Origin: Octopus vulgaris
Taxonomy: Eukaryota
Assembly: GCA_951406725.2 (NCBI GenBank)
Contig: OX597827.1
Coordinates: forward strand, 8,432,001-8,496,000
Reading direction: 5' to 3'
Length of the DNA: 64,000 bases
In this document: positions 41,727 to 55,715 of the stretch, in pieces
Layout of the letters: the number at the start of each line of letters is the position of its first letter
How positions within the stretch are numbered: the first letter of the stretch is position 1
The notes under the pieces: generated by a model
Databases searched by the model: none
What the model saw: only the letters and a program-made list of their open reading frames with translations
What the model was told of the DNA's origin: nothing
Made by a program: the position numbers and the translations under genes

Positions 41727-42714
41727 ATTAACCATGAACTACCACCTCTTCTTACACTCCAGAACGGTTTTGTAAACATACGCAATTTTATTTTGCTATA
41801 CAAAGCACATTTGCAGAACACATATGCAAACACACACATACACACACAACACACACATGCACTAAAGCATGAAATACATACGCATAGATATTACACACAT
41901 ATACACAGAGACAGTTAAAAGTGTGGATAGATACAACCTAAATGTAAAACTACCAGTTTATGCGTCTTAATTTTATCTCTTGGTAAATATTACTAGAAAG
42001 GAACATAAAAATACTTTTCATATCCATTTACTATGCTGACACAGTATAGTCAAAGTGAATAGAATTAGAACTTTCTATATTCTATATCTCCTGAACTGTT
42101 ATCACAGCTTATTCCACATCAATTATGTTCAGCCAAAGTAACTAAAGCAATGTTACATGGAAAGACAGCTTTATATTTGAAGAGACGCCAGACACATAAG
42201 TTTAATTCCACTTGAATTCAACTAGATAGAAAGTTTAATTTGAACATGAATGCATTGATAAATATTTTAACTACAAAAGTGCAAAACAAAAAAACAAATA
42301 ACAGCAAAAATGGTAAAAGAAAGAAAGAAAGAAAGAAATTAGCTGAATTCCAACTTCCAACTGAGAATTTAATTAAAGAAATTGGGTTTGCTGTCTCCTT
42401 ATGGAAAATATCAAGAATATCATTATAATATCAAGAATATCATTAAAATATAATCCAAGATATGAAAAACATAATAAAATATTTCTTAGCAATAGTATTA
42501 TTTGTATTCATAACCATTTTTAAAATACAATCCTTTCTTTCTTTTCTTTCTCTTTGGAGTGCATCAGCATCATTTTAGTGAAACCTAGAGTTCAACTTAG
42601 ATTAAATTTGAGTTGAGCTTGATAGATGTTCTAGAGTCATGGTTAGTGTCGAAGAAGGTTTGATTCAGAATGCATTTCAATATACATTTTGAGCTAATGA
42701 AAGATTCTCTGTGT

Positions 42715-42892
42715 AAATATGGTTATGTGGTTAAGAGACTCACTTTGTAACTATGTAGTTTCATGTTCAATCCCACTGCATAGCACTGTGAGAAAAATAT
42801 AATCCAGTCTAGCCCCGGGTCGACCAAAGCCTTCTGAGTGAGTTTAGTAGATGGAAACTGTGTGGAAGCTCATTGTAAATATATGTGTGCAT

Positions 42893-42946
<54 letters not shown>

Positions 42947-43125
42947 TCACTGGTTGAGAACCAGTATTAGTTTGTTTACATCCCGATAACTTAACAGTTT
43001 GGCAAAAGAAACTAATTAAATAAGTATCAGACTTAAAAAAGATAAGCCCTGGGTTCGATTTGTCCAAGGTGGAGTCCCAGCATGGCCAGTGATTGAAACA
43101 AGTAAAAGATAAAGGAAGATAAAAG
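42715..43125 (+). mobile_element. SINE family A, degenerate
   Basis: Recognisable head, (TG)n and tail. Confidence 0.65.
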
Positions 43126-43443
43126 AATTATTTCGAAATATAAAGTAAAATTTCCCTACTATGATACTTGGCCATCTTAAAAACAACCGTAAAAAGATAC
43201 ATCGGACAACACAGCATTAGTTACAATATGCTTGAAAAATTAAAGACCATTAGGGTGGAAACGACTGGGACAGCCTTGATCATAGATCTGCTTGAAAGAA
43301 ATTACATTGGATGTACTGTCATCATTATTGTTATCACTGTCATCATTTCTGCTCCCACTGCTATCACTGCCATTATTATTATCACTGATGTCATTATCAT
43401 CATTATCACCAACACTACTATTATTATTATTATTGTTATTATT

Positions 43444-43819
43444 CAGTAGTTTTATTTTTATAGCGTGCTTTCACTTCACTACCAAGCGCAACTCTGTGTG
43501 CCTTGGGTATGTGCTGTGATTTGTTGTGATGCTCTGATGGTTATTGTATGGAAAGTGTTCTGCGTAGGATGTGTGCATTGCCTAGTAGTGCAATTTTCTG
43601 TATGTTATATGTGTTTGTAAGTCCTGGTGTTTTTGTTATGTATTTGTCTGAATATTTTTTTATCATACCTAATGCACCTACTATGATAGGAATTGTTTCT
43701 GTTTTCAGATTCCACATTCTAGTTACCTCTATTTCCAGGTCTTTGTATTTTGAGAGTTTCTCCATTTCTTTTAGAGACACGTTGTCATCAGCCGGTATTG
43801 ATACATCAATTAGAAAGCA

Positions 43820-43822
<3 letters not shown>
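43444..43822 (-). mobile_element. R4/Dong-clade non-LTR retrotransposon 3' fragment (restriction-like endonuclease domain)
   Basis: FLIDVSIPADDNVSLKEMEKLSKYKDLEIEVTRMW...PIIVGALG...IQKIALLGNAHILRRTL* plus short 3'UTR; flanked on both sides by (TAA)n, the known Dong target. Confidence 0.8.
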
Positions 43823-43918
<96 letters not shown>

Positions 43919-43919
43919 T

Positions 43920-44465
43920 TGAATGAGAGAGCAGTGCATGCCATCAAAGTGACACTGGGGTAAAATATACAAAGCCCAGTATACCCATCATGACTACCCA
44001 TCTGATAAGGGTACACCAAGCACATGCATCACAACCATATGTGTGTGACATGGTGACCTCATATCAAGATAAACAGTGCATGATCTTGCAGGTGGGACCC
44101 AGTTAAAATTTTCTTCAGGTTGAGTAGCCCATCCCACTCAAAACTTCCCGGAATAAGGGCAGTGTAAGGATGTTGAACTAAACACCCATGTTTCCAGAGA
44201 TGAATTATTCAAACCCCCAAAGAATTCCTCTCAAAGCATGGCTATGATGCTTCCCCTCTATTTCTACTCGTGATCAGAGATGCACATATCGTCAGCCACT
44301 GAGGGACATGCTCAACTGGTTATGGTCAAGCAACTGACACACAAATCTGTGGTTTTGAGCAGAATATTCGCTGTAGCCCATCTTTTATACCAAGATAAAA
44401 ACAATGTACATGACAACAATTCTAATCAGTTAAGATCAGAAGCCATGAGAACCACTGCCTTACTG
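43920..44465 (-). mobile_element. Non-coding retroposon-like 3' segment ending in a TAA/TAC array
   Basis: 3' end taccccagtgtcactttgatggcatgcactgctctctcattc-aata recurs at 53349-53392 and 53586-53606, always abutting (TAA)n or (TAC)n. Confidence 0.5.
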
Positions 44466-44644
44466 TACTGTACTTAGTATATTAACTGAGCAAGGATAAT
44501 TTCTTATACTTGTTTGACACTGATAATTATTATTGGAGCTTTCAATCAATGTTTTTTTTTATATCCTTTGTTCTTCCATTCCCTTTATAAAATTTAGATT
44601 TATTACTCTATGAGAAATTATGCTTCTTTTTTTATGTGGGTTTT

Positions 44645-45013
44645 GTGGTAAGAAGCTTGCTTCCCATCCACATGCTTCCAGGGTTCAATCCCACTGCATG
44701 TCACCTCGAGTAAGTGTCTTCTACTATAACATCAGGCTGACAAAAGCTTTGTGAGTGGATTTGGTAGATGGAAATTGAAAGAAGTCTGTCATATATATGA
44801 ATGTGTGTATATGGGGTGGGGGTAGGTTGACAGTGTTTGTCCTTCACCAATGCTTGACAACTGATGTTGGTGTGTTTATATCTCTGTAACTTAGAAGTTC
44901 AGTGCAAGAGACCGATAGAATGTGTACCGGGCTTAAAAAAATAAGTCCCGGGGTTGATTTGTTCAACTAAAACCCTGCACGGCTGCTGTCTAATGACTGA
45001 AGCAAGTAAAAGA
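44645..45013 (+). mobile_element. SINE family A, degenerate
   Basis: Recognisable head and tail. Confidence 0.65.
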
Positions 45014-45906
45014 TATATATGGAGTTGGAAAGAAAGAATGTCCTGTCAAACACTGTCAAAGCTTCATAATTAGACTAATTAAATTTATTATAATTATTTA
45101 TAATTTTGTTTTAAGACACAGTATACATCAGTTAGTTATGCCATCAGAAAATAATCTCTTTTTTTTTTTAGACTTTATTGATGGCTTAGATGTAGAAGAG
45201 AACTAGAAAAGGTTTTCAGGGTCCAGAAAATCAAAACTCTGTAACCCTTTAATGGTCATGTTCTCCCCACCCCTGTAGTTGTCAATTTACAACTTCTTAG
45301 GATGAACACCAACTGATTCAATTTCTCCTGAGTCAGAGAGCCAACAAAAGCCATGAGGCACTGCTTCTTCATTCAATACTTAAGCTAATGGGAAAATGTA
45401 TTTAAAAATAACTGAACTTATTCAACTCTTCTAGAACCTTTCACTGCACTGATTATTGCCAACACAGAAGCTATCACTATTTTCTTTAGATTCTGGATTT
45501 CATACTTTATACAAAACACCAGTTGCCATAGGAAATAAGTAAAGAGCGAGTGCAGATTTAATTAGACTGAAATTTTAGATGATCATCAAGTACAAAAATA
45601 TTTATTCATAAATAGCTTTTTTATTTATTTTATTTTTTATTTCTATTTTGTGACTATGTGGCAATAAGTTCTTGCTAGCATTCTGTGTATAGAAGCAATT
45701 CAGTTGACTAAAGCTTGTTCATTAAAAGAAAGATTAAATAAAATATTAGAAAACAATATCTTTGTGACTCTAAAATAGAAAAGAAATCTGTATTGAAAAG
45801 ATGGAAAGAAAACACCAAACAAATAGCTCAATGTGTATTTAAAAGTGAATAAGGATTCATTCTTGAATACAGTAAAGTTTGGTAAATAATAGCTTGTTTT
45901 ATTTTG

Positions 45907-45937
<31 letters not shown>

Positions 45938-48193
45938 TAACTGTTATTTAGGAAATAAAGATTAATATGAAAGAAAAAAATATTCATATTAACATGACTG
46001 TGCTCCAGTATGGCCACAGCCTCTAGCTGAAATTAATAAAAAAAGAAAGTAGAAAGTGGTAACAAATCCAAATTTGTGAAGTTAGCTCACTATGCATCAT
46101 TAATAAAAATTTGAATAGGTCAGTGATGTCACACACCAAGAGCTTTCAGAAACATTTGAAATTTATTTCCCTATATAGTGTATGGTAGTCAATGCTTCAT
46201 TCACCAAAAAGATATATAAAAAAAAAAACAACGAAAAAAAATGAAAAATTCAAACAAGAATTTTCATTGAATGTTTTCCTCATCTCCAAAATCGTTAAGA
46301 TCCAGCCAGCCTCCTTCCTAACATGTTACTAGAAAGTTCACTGAAGCAACTAAAATATAATTTCATTGAGCAGGAGTTGAACAGATTCTACTAAATGACT
46401 CTTATCTCAAGGGTTATTTATTTCTACTTTATTTTATTTTATTTTGGTATTTTCATTGGAATTGCACTGTTAAATTTTTGCTGAGAGATAACCTAAGGCT
46501 TCATTCACTGTTACGCAGAATATTCAGAAAATGCTTGTGGAATAAAAATAAACTTTAAATACAAAAAATAAAAAAAAATACTAAAAAAAAAGAACAAACT
46601 CATTTTATGGAATATTTTTTAACTATGGCTTGTTTCAAGTGACAACAACAAATCTATCACAACTAAAAATGAATGAGGAACGTTAAATTTGTAGTTTAAT
46701 CCTAAGAAGTTGAACAGATATTTGCTTTTTCTCTATCACATACCACTACAAGTACTCAAAAGAAAGAGGGGAAAAAAAATCAATATTCTTGATCAAATGA
46801 AAAATCAATATATTACCTATTGGGAGTACTAATTTTTAAGCTCTCTTAAGTAAATAATGAGACATATTGAAAAGATGACTTAATTTTGAATTTATACTCC
46901 AGTAAAATAAATTGATGGCCATGACAAGTTAAAAAATACAAAAAATAAATAAAAAAGGAAGGAAAAACAAAAAAAACCCAAAAAAGACAAGAAAAAGGAA
47001 AAAAAAATGGAGGAATTTTTTATTTTTTCTTCTCAAATTCATTTGGTATCAGGGAGATAAAAAAGTGATTATATTTGGAATGTTTAGCCATTTTATGACA
47101 CAGGGTAAATTCACCTCAGATCTAATTGCTTTGAAAATATCATTTTGAATCAATTTCAGTGCTTCAGATTGGAGAAATTAGCACACAAAAGCATCAAAAA
47201 TGTTTTCCGCTATCTCTTGTGTTTTTGTCTCCTGAGATTTTTATAACAGCTAAATGATCAACTAACTTGGTAGGGACTTGAGATTATCATTAATATAGTT
47301 CACATTATGCTAATTCATCGAATAATTTTTTTTTTGTTTTTGTTTGTGGTTTTTGTTTTATCTCTTCATTTAACATCAGTGATGATGATGATGACATAGT
47401 TTGTGTTTATATTTTTGTTATTTCCTTTCGGATAATTGATTATCATTTCAAATAAGAAAGCTCAGTGGAAATATAATTATAATAAAAATGAATAAATAAA
47501 TAAATGAATAAAAAATGACCATAGCAGAAGTGGTATTAGACTGAAATTATGAGTGAGGGGTAGTTATAGGAGGAGGAGGAAGACCGGTAGAATAATCATA
47601 CTGATAGTGGTAGAATCGGTTAGGGATCGTGATGGTGCCAGCTACAATATCAGTGGATTTGACAATGATGCTGTAGTTAATGATGATGATGACGACGACG
47701 ACGACGACGATGATGATAATGATGATGATGGTGATGATGATGATGATGATGGTGCAGGTGGAAGAAAGGGTTATTGTCATTATGAAGATGAAGTTGATAG
47801 AAGTAGCAGCACAGGAGGAAATCATAATGATTTTTGGCATGATGGTAATCATAGCAGTGGTTGTAAAAACAATATTGATTTCTTTAATAATTGTAACAAC
47901 AACAACTACAATAATAATAATTCTTTAATAACGATAATAATGATAAACCTTTCTACGATAGGCTTAAGGCCCAGAGATTTGGGGTAGCGGGACAGTTGGT
48001 TACATCAACCCCAGTGTTCAATTTGTACTTATATTATCAACCCTAGCACTCGACTGGTATATTGTTTTATCAACTTCTAAAAGGATAAAAAGAAAAGTCA
48101 GCCACAGTTGGTTTTGAACTCAGAACATAAAGTCAGACAAAATGTCACTGAGCATTTTGACCACAGCATGCTACCAATTCTAAGTTGCTGTCT

Positions 48194-48224
<31 letters not shown>

Positions 48225-48228
48225 AATG

Positions 48229-48277
<49 letters not shown>

Positions 48278-48351
48278 TGATGATAATAATAATAATAATA
48301 ATTATAATAATAATGATTATAATAATAACAATAATAATAATAATAATAATA

Positions 48352-48401
<50 letters not shown>

Positions 48402-48428
48402 CATAATAATGATGATTATGATGATGAT
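48194..48428. repeat. (TAA)n array
   Basis: Direct inspection. Confidence 0.95.
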
Positions 48429-48770
48429 ATGGTAAAAATGATCCAGTGGGAGCTTTGTGGAAATAATGGCCAAGAAAGATCAAAGACATGGTTTGACAAA
48501 ATCCTAGAAGGAGTTGCTGAAAATGGGGATTGCAAAATCCTGTGGGATGCAATGATTCGGTGTAACCATCAAATTAAACATCGATAACCTGACATTGTTA
48601 ACAACTATGATGAATTGAAATGGGAAATATGCAGGTTGTTGACAATGAAGAGAGTGGACATGATACCAATAGCAACCGGTGCACTTGGAAGTATCAGTAC
48701 CCAACTGCCAACATGGCTCAAAAAGATTGGTACAAATGTAAAGACAGAACACCCACAAAAATCATCAATG
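48428..48770 (+). mobile_element. Degenerate R4/Dong-like fragment
   Basis: IQWELC...EGVAENGDCKILWDAMIRCNHQIKHR*PDIV and VDMIPIATGALGSI...LKKIG, directly after a (TAA)n array. Confidence 0.65.
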
Positions 48771-48926
48771 CCAACTTTCTCTCGCTCTTTCCTCCTGCAT
48801 CTTGCAGCTCACCTGTGACGGACCGGCGTCCCGTCCAGGTAGAGAACCGATACGCCAAGGAAACCAGGAAACCGGCCCTAATGAACCAGCCATGGCTCGA
48901 GAAGGAACAAATAACAACAACAACCT

Positions 48927-49177
48927 CATCATCATTATCGTTTAACGTCCGTTCTCCATGCTAGCATGGGTTGGAAGGTTCGACCAGGGTCTGGGAAGCC
49001 AGGAGGCTGCACCAGGCTCCAGTCTGATCTGGCAGTGTTTCAACAGCTGGATGCCCTTCCTAATGCCAACCACTCCGCGAGTGTAGTGGGTGCTTTTTAC
49101 CTGCCACCTGCACAGGTGCCAGGCGAGGCTGGCATCGGCCACGATCAGTTGGTGCTTTTAACGTGCCACCGGCACGG
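48927..49177 (-). mobile_element. SINE-like family C
   Basis: Tail, core and two gcacgt/aaaagcacc modules. Confidence 0.75.
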
Positions 49178-49647
49178 ACTAAAAGAAAAGAAAAAAATGA
49201 AGAAAAGCAAGAATCTAGTATAACTGTTTGAGAAGGTAAACACAGGTCAAAAACTTATGTGCTATTTGGAGAAGAACAATCAAAGAGCAAAAAACATTGA
49301 TATGTTCAATGCAGAAAAAATTAGGGGATGAATAACAAGGGCCTCAAAATAACATGCCATTGGTGAAAACTACAACAGGTAAAATAGTGCTGTTGAAACA
49401 CTCTGAAGGAGAAGTGGTAGACTTTGAGGTTGAACTAATTATGAGTCATGTCTTAATTTTGGAGCTCAGGTATCCCTTATTTCTGCCTAGGTTGGTTATC
49501 ATTTTTTTTTTTTTACATGTACTAAATCTTTAATCTCTTCATAACATATGCTTTTATATTTTTGCTCTAACGCCACCCATATAAATATCTACATGTATGT
49601 ATGTATATCTGTATGTATGTATGTGTATGTATGTATGTATGTATGTA

Positions 49648-49696
<49 letters not shown>

Positions 49697-49786
49697 ATCC
49701 TCATGTTTTTGTAACCTCTTTTAGTGTGGCATGTTCTGTAATATATATTTAAGCTGAGAACTTGTGACCAATATATGAAATAATAG

Positions 49787-49794
49787 TATTAATA

Positions 49795-49883
<89 letters not shown>

Positions 49884-49904
49884 CATTGGTGGTGGTGATG
49901 GTGG

Positions 49905-49935
<31 letters not shown>

Positions 49936-49939
49936 AGTG

Positions 49940-49998
<59 letters not shown>
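49787..49998. repeat. Compound (ATT)n(GGT)n(AGT)n array
   Basis: Direct inspection. Confidence 0.95.
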
Positions 49999-49999
<1 letters not shown>

Positions 50000-50957
50000 T
50001 CAGAATTGGTAATAGCAGTGAGGAAGTTGAAGCTGGTTAGAAATGACCAATTGAATGTCATGAAAACTCATCCATCAAAAAATGTGTTGGGAAGCTTAAA
50101 GAAATTGGTGAAAAATCTAATTAGAAACATGCTAGGTACTCAATCAAATTCTATAAAAAACAAAAATTCTATTATGAGTTCCACTGACATTAACATACAA
50201 TTAAAGAACAAAGGAGAAACTAGCCAACATATTTAAAACAAATCAGAAAGAAGAGAACATTTAAAAGAAAAGATAAGAAAATATAGTTGGATTCATAAAT
50301 GAATAATATAAATAAAATTAAAGAGAGTTGAAATTAAGAATATTTAAATAATTTCTGACTAATAAATTCATAATTAAAATTCATAAAGGAATGGAAAATA
50401 AATAGGATACGGATTTGTATTTCTTACACTGACCAGAATCTTATTTATTAAAGTGCATCAGTTTCGATTTGGAATCTATTTGGAATTTTGTGTGTTTTAC
50501 TGGGAAATCTAATTGTGGTTTTAATGTTCAGCTTAAAAGTCAAGGACTAATTGATTACATGTATAACTACAGATAGAAGGGTTCATTAAAAAGGTCAAAG
50601 TTCATCCAGGGGAAAAGGTAATTTAATTTTACTGTGTAATGTTGTGGATTCATGCATTTTCATTTGGTATTCCTTAAAAAATTTCAAATGGAAAATTCTT
50701 TAAACGCATTTCAATGCCTCACCAACAAATAGAAAATAGCCCTTTCTGTCTCAATAATATACAAAATATGGAATCACTCAAATTTTTAGAAATAGTAGCT
50801 AAATCTTCCTCAAATAATACCTTAACTGTCTTTAAAAAATGTAGACACAGGAGTTAACGTAATATTAGATACAACTAAAAAGACAGAGTTGATACAATTG
50901 ATATTTTTTCCATCAGATCTAATTGCTCAATCATAGCTGACCTGAGATTACACAATG

Positions 50958-51190
50958 GCAGCAGCAAGTTGGCAGAAACTTTAGCATGCTGGGCGAATTG
51001 CTGAGCAGTATTTCGTCTGCCGTTACATTCTGAGTTAAAATTCTGCCGAGGTCGACTTTGCCTTTCATCCTTTTGGGGTCGATAAATTAAGTACCAGTTA
51101 TGCACTGGGGTCGATGTAATCGACTTAATCCCTTTGTCTATCCTTGTTTGTCCCCTCTATGTTTAGCCCCTTGTGGGTAATAAAGAAATA
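50958..51190 (+). mobile_element. SINE family B
   Basis: Full-length copy abutting a family A copy. Confidence 0.8.
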
Positions 51191-51662
51191 AGAAGCTTGC
51201 TTCCCAACCATATGGTTCCGGGTTCAGTCCCACTGCATGGTACCTTGAGCAAGTGTCTTCTACTTTAGCTTTGGGCTGACCAAAGCCTTGTGAGTGAATT
51301 TTGTAAATAGAAACTGAAAGAAGCCTGTTGTATATATATATTTATATATATGTATATATACCGTCCAACCCATGCTAGCATGGAGAACGGACGTTAAACA
51401 ATGATGATGATGATGATGATGATTTATGCGTATGTGACTCTGTGTTTGTGTTTGTCGCCCCACCATTGCTTGACAATCGATGGTGGTGTGTTTATGTCTT
51501 TATAACTTAACAGTTTGGCATAAAAAACTAATAGAATAAGTACTAGGCTCACAAAAAATAAGTCTTGGGGTCAATTTCTTTGACTAAAACCCTTTAAGGT
51601 GGTGCTCCAGCATAACCACAGTCAAATGACTGAAACAAGTAAAAGAATTAAAGAATAAAAGA
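51190..51662 (+). mobile_element. SINE family A carrying a nested family C tail (51361-51423)
   Basis: Family A body with ccgtccaacccatgctagcatgg...(gat)n inside its TA tract. Confidence 0.75.
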
Positions 51663-51971
51663 ACATATATATATCTTTTAAAAAAATTAGTAAATCATAC
51701 ACATGGTCATAATCATATTGCTTTTGGTGGCCTGAAGACTCACATGAGGAGTCATCAGGTGAAGTGAATGAATTGTAAACATTGGTGAATGGTAGTAATA
51801 TTAACGAGTGTGTTGTTGGTTATCTAATTGGCTGGATTTGTTAATTTCCTGTCTTCTCACGGAACACTCACACATCTTTTCGATGGTAGAATCCATCACA
51901 TACATATGCAATGGCCATTCAGATTGCTTCCATCTATCTGTTTCACTCATAAGGTATTGGTCTTTAGACTA

Positions 51972-52392
51972 CATCATCATCATCATCATCATCATCATTA
52001 TCATCATTTAACATCCGCTTTCCATGCTAGCATGGGTTGGACGATTTGACTGAGGTATGGCGAACCAGACTCCAATCGGATCTGGCAGAGTTTCTACAGC
52101 TGGATGCCCTTCCTAACGCCAACCACTCCGAGAGTGTAGTGGGTGCTTTTATGTGCCACCGGCACAAGGGCCAGTTTGGTGATCCTTTCGGGGTCGATAA
52201 ATTAAGTACCAGTTATGCACTGGGGTCGATGTAATCGACTTAATACCTATGTCTGTCCTTGTTTGTCCCCTCTCTGTTTAGCCCCTTGTGGGTAATAAAG
52301 AAATAGGTACTGGCAGCGGCCATGCCCAAATGGTGCTTTTTATGTGCCACCTGCACAGGAGCCACTCAGGTGGCACATAAAAAGCACCATTA
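51972..52392 (-). mobile_element. SINE-like family C with nested family B and terminal hairpin
   Basis: Core match; 24-bp inverted repeat at 52330-52390. Confidence 0.75.
52182..52305 (+). mobile_element. 5'-truncated SINE family B nested in a family C copy
   Basis: atcctttcggggtcg...aaagaaata inserted before ggtactggca of the host. Confidence 0.75.
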
Positions 52393-53088
52393 CCTGTGAC
52401 TAAAATAAAAGACAATAAAAGACCAGGTATGGAACAGTGAACCCAAACCTGAAACTGTTTAGTTGCAAAACAAACTTCTTAACCACTCAGCCAAGCTTGT
52501 GTCTACAGAAATTCTTTACAATATATTTCTTTTTTAATAAACTGAGACGTTTCTTTTTCTTTATAATTTCAAGTTCCCACAATGCCAAACAGATACTGAA
52601 TACATTGAATATATTTTGTAGCATTCCTCCTAGAATACAATACATTTATAGTTATATCAATGTATTCAGAATTGATATTTAAATCTGATATACATATATT
52701 AATATATTCACCCTTTCTTATATCTTATTTATAATTTTTAACAGTGATACATCTTTGTTCTGCTGCTGACACAATTGTACTTTTGCCAATAAACTCTCTT
52801 CCCCAATGATCTATTGGTCAATTCTTTTAAGATTTTTTCCAACTTTTCCCTCCACCCTCAACCATCATATTTTGGGACTAAACATACTGTCAAACTGTTC
52901 ACACTTTCTTTACAGATTTCTTATGAAACTGAACAAAAACATAATCATATTGAATGAGCTGAAGCCTCAGCAACGTCACTGATCTGCTAGAAATAGCTAC
53001 TGAATTTCCCCTCAAATCAAATCGTAGTGCTAGAAAGAAAGGAAGGCTCATTAGATAATGCAGTCCCACATATTCCTGCCTTTGCAAA

Positions 53089-53125
<37 letters not shown>

Positions 53126-53205
53126 TGATGATGATGATGATGATGATGATAATAATAATAATAATAATAATAATAATGTCACCCTCAGCAGAGCTTGAAT
53201 AATAT

Positions 53206-53285
<80 letters not shown>

Positions 53286-53397
53286 TCGCCCTCAGCAGAG
53301 CTTGAACTAAGAACATGAAGACTAATGAAATGCTGTTGAGCATATTTGTACCCCAGTGTCACTTCAATAGCATGTACAGCACTGTCACTGAATAATG

Positions 53398-53429
<32 letters not shown>

Positions 53430-53605
53430 TTCAAATTTTTGGCACAATGGCAGCTTGGGAGAGGTGGGGAGGAGTCGATTACATTGACCCCAATGTCCAG
53501 CTTGTACTTATTTTATCGACCCCGAAAGGATGAAAGGCAAAGTCAAACTCGGTTGAATTTGAACTCCGAACAATAATAATAATAACATGTGCTGCACTGT
53601 CACTC

Positions 53606-53644
<39 letters not shown>

Positions 53645-54039
53645 CATGTAAGTATTAGATAGCTGAAAATAATGGTTACGATGATGATGCTTATGTTGAT
53701 GGCATCCTTTTGTATCATATATTCCCTTTTACATATTCTTTAGTCACTACCATACTTGATTTAGCATAAAGGTGAAATAATGACTATTTGGTTATAGCTT
53801 GTTAATTTACATTACAAGCATTCTGGTGTGCTTCTGAACAGAACACTATATTTTATTTTGCTTCTATTTACCTAGCTTTTGGGAGTAAGAGCCAGATGTA
53901 TTATTCTAGCTTTCTTATGTTCAAACTAGCCAGATACAGCCTCTCACACCTACCTTACAATGTCATTCAAAAAATATAAATTATCATCAAAACCTCGATG
54001 TTATGAGATTATGCTTGATTAATCAAAAACTGTGAAATA

Positions 54040-54443
54040 GGCGCAGGAGTGGCTGTGTGGTAAGTAGCTTGCTAACCAACCACATGGTTCTGGGTTCGGT
54101 TTCAATGCGTGGCATCTTGGGCAAGTGTCTTCTGCTATAGCCTCGGGCTGACCAATGCCTTGTGAGTGGATTTGGTAGACGGAAACTGAAAGAAGCCTGT
54201 CATATATATGTATATATATATATATGTATGTGTTTGTGTGTCTGTGTTTGTCTCCCTAGCATTGCTTGACAACCGATGCTGGTGTGTTTATGTCCCCGTC
54301 ACTTAGCGGTTCGGCAAAAGGGACCGATAGAATAAGTATGGGCTTACAAAGAATAAGTCCCGGGGTCGATTTACTCAACTAAAGGCGGTGCTCCAGCATG
54401 GCCACAGTCAAATGACTGAAACAAGTAAAAGAGTAAAAGAGTA
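54040..54443 (+). mobile_element. SINE family A nested in a TTAA-ended MITE
   Basis: Full-length copy; flanks 53893-54039 and 54444-54489 match the reverse complement of the 62870-63899 MITE. Confidence 0.85.
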
Positions 54444-54752
54444 AATAAGCATTACATTTGACAGAGTAATCTTAATGCTAAATGGTTAAGGAAACGTTAT
54501 TCTAAAGAAAGCAATGTCCTCACTACAAATAGATTCATCTTTTAACCATTTAATGTCATAAAACCAATTCTAAGCAGCTGTAGGTATATAGGAAATGGGA
54601 TAATGAGTAGTAGAGTCAGCTCCAGATGATGCTACTATAGGTATGGCATTTTGGGGTTACCTGTATGTATGTATGCATTATATGTGTGTGCACGTGCATG
54701 TGTGTATCAGTGTGTTTCTTTATATTTGTTGCACTTCTTGGAAAATCGTGAA

Positions 54753-55167
54753 TACTCTTTACTCTTTTACTTTTTTACTTGTTTCAGTCATTTGACTGCA
54801 GCCATGCTGGAGCACCACCTTTAATCGAGCAACTCGACCCCGGGACTTATTCTTTTGTAAGCCCAGTACTTATTCTATCGGTCTCTTTTGCCGAACCGCT
54901 AAGTAACGGGGACATAAACACACCAGCATCGGTTGTCAAGCAATGCTAGGGGGACAAACACACTCACACAAACACACACACACGTATATATATATACATA
55001 TATACGACGGGCTTCTTTCAGTTTCCGTCTACCAAATCTACTCACAAGGCTTTGGTCGGCCCGAGGCTATAGCAGAAGACACTTGCCCAAAGTGCCACGC
55101 AGTGGGACTGAACCCGGAACCATGTGGCTGGTAAACAAGCTACTTACCACACAGCCACTCCTGCGCC
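54753..55167 (-). mobile_element. SINE family A
   Basis: Full-length copy, inverted relative to the 54040 copy. Confidence 0.85.
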
Positions 55168-55410
55168 TATGATGTTTTTTTGTCATTTTTCTTTGTACTT
55201 TTGAAGATATACAAAAATCTGTTTGAAAACAGGTAAGGGTTAATGACATATTGTAAAACGATACCTCAGTAACATATTCATTTAACCCATGCCAGCATGG
55301 AAACAGGCAAAAAGAAAGTGAGCAGACTAGCAAATATACACTCAGACACGCACATACACATGCACATATGAACATACACACACACATATATACATACCTA
55401 CATATATATA

Positions 55411-55558
55411 TCGCCGAGGTTGACTTTGCCTTTCATCCTTTCGGGGTCGATAAATTAAGTACCAGTTACACACTGGGGTCAACGTAATCGACTTAATCCC
55501 TTTGTCTGTCTTTGTTTGTCCCCTCTGTGTTTAGCCCCTTGTGGGCAATAAAGAAATA
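55411..55558 (+). mobile_element. 5'-truncated SINE family B
   Basis: cgccgaggttgactttgcc...aagaaata within a TA tract. Confidence 0.75.
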
Positions 55559-55675
55559 TATATATATATACATATATATACAAGTGTACATAAATATACA
55601 TATACAATGACATACTTTCACACACCATATATACACATGTACACATGATTATACATGCACATATGCATGCACACA

Positions 55676-55715
<40 letters not shown>

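Noticed and set aside
51731-51760. cctgaagactc / gagtcatcagg hairpin with CTGAnGA on both strands
   Set aside because: No GAAA or stem III in the right position.
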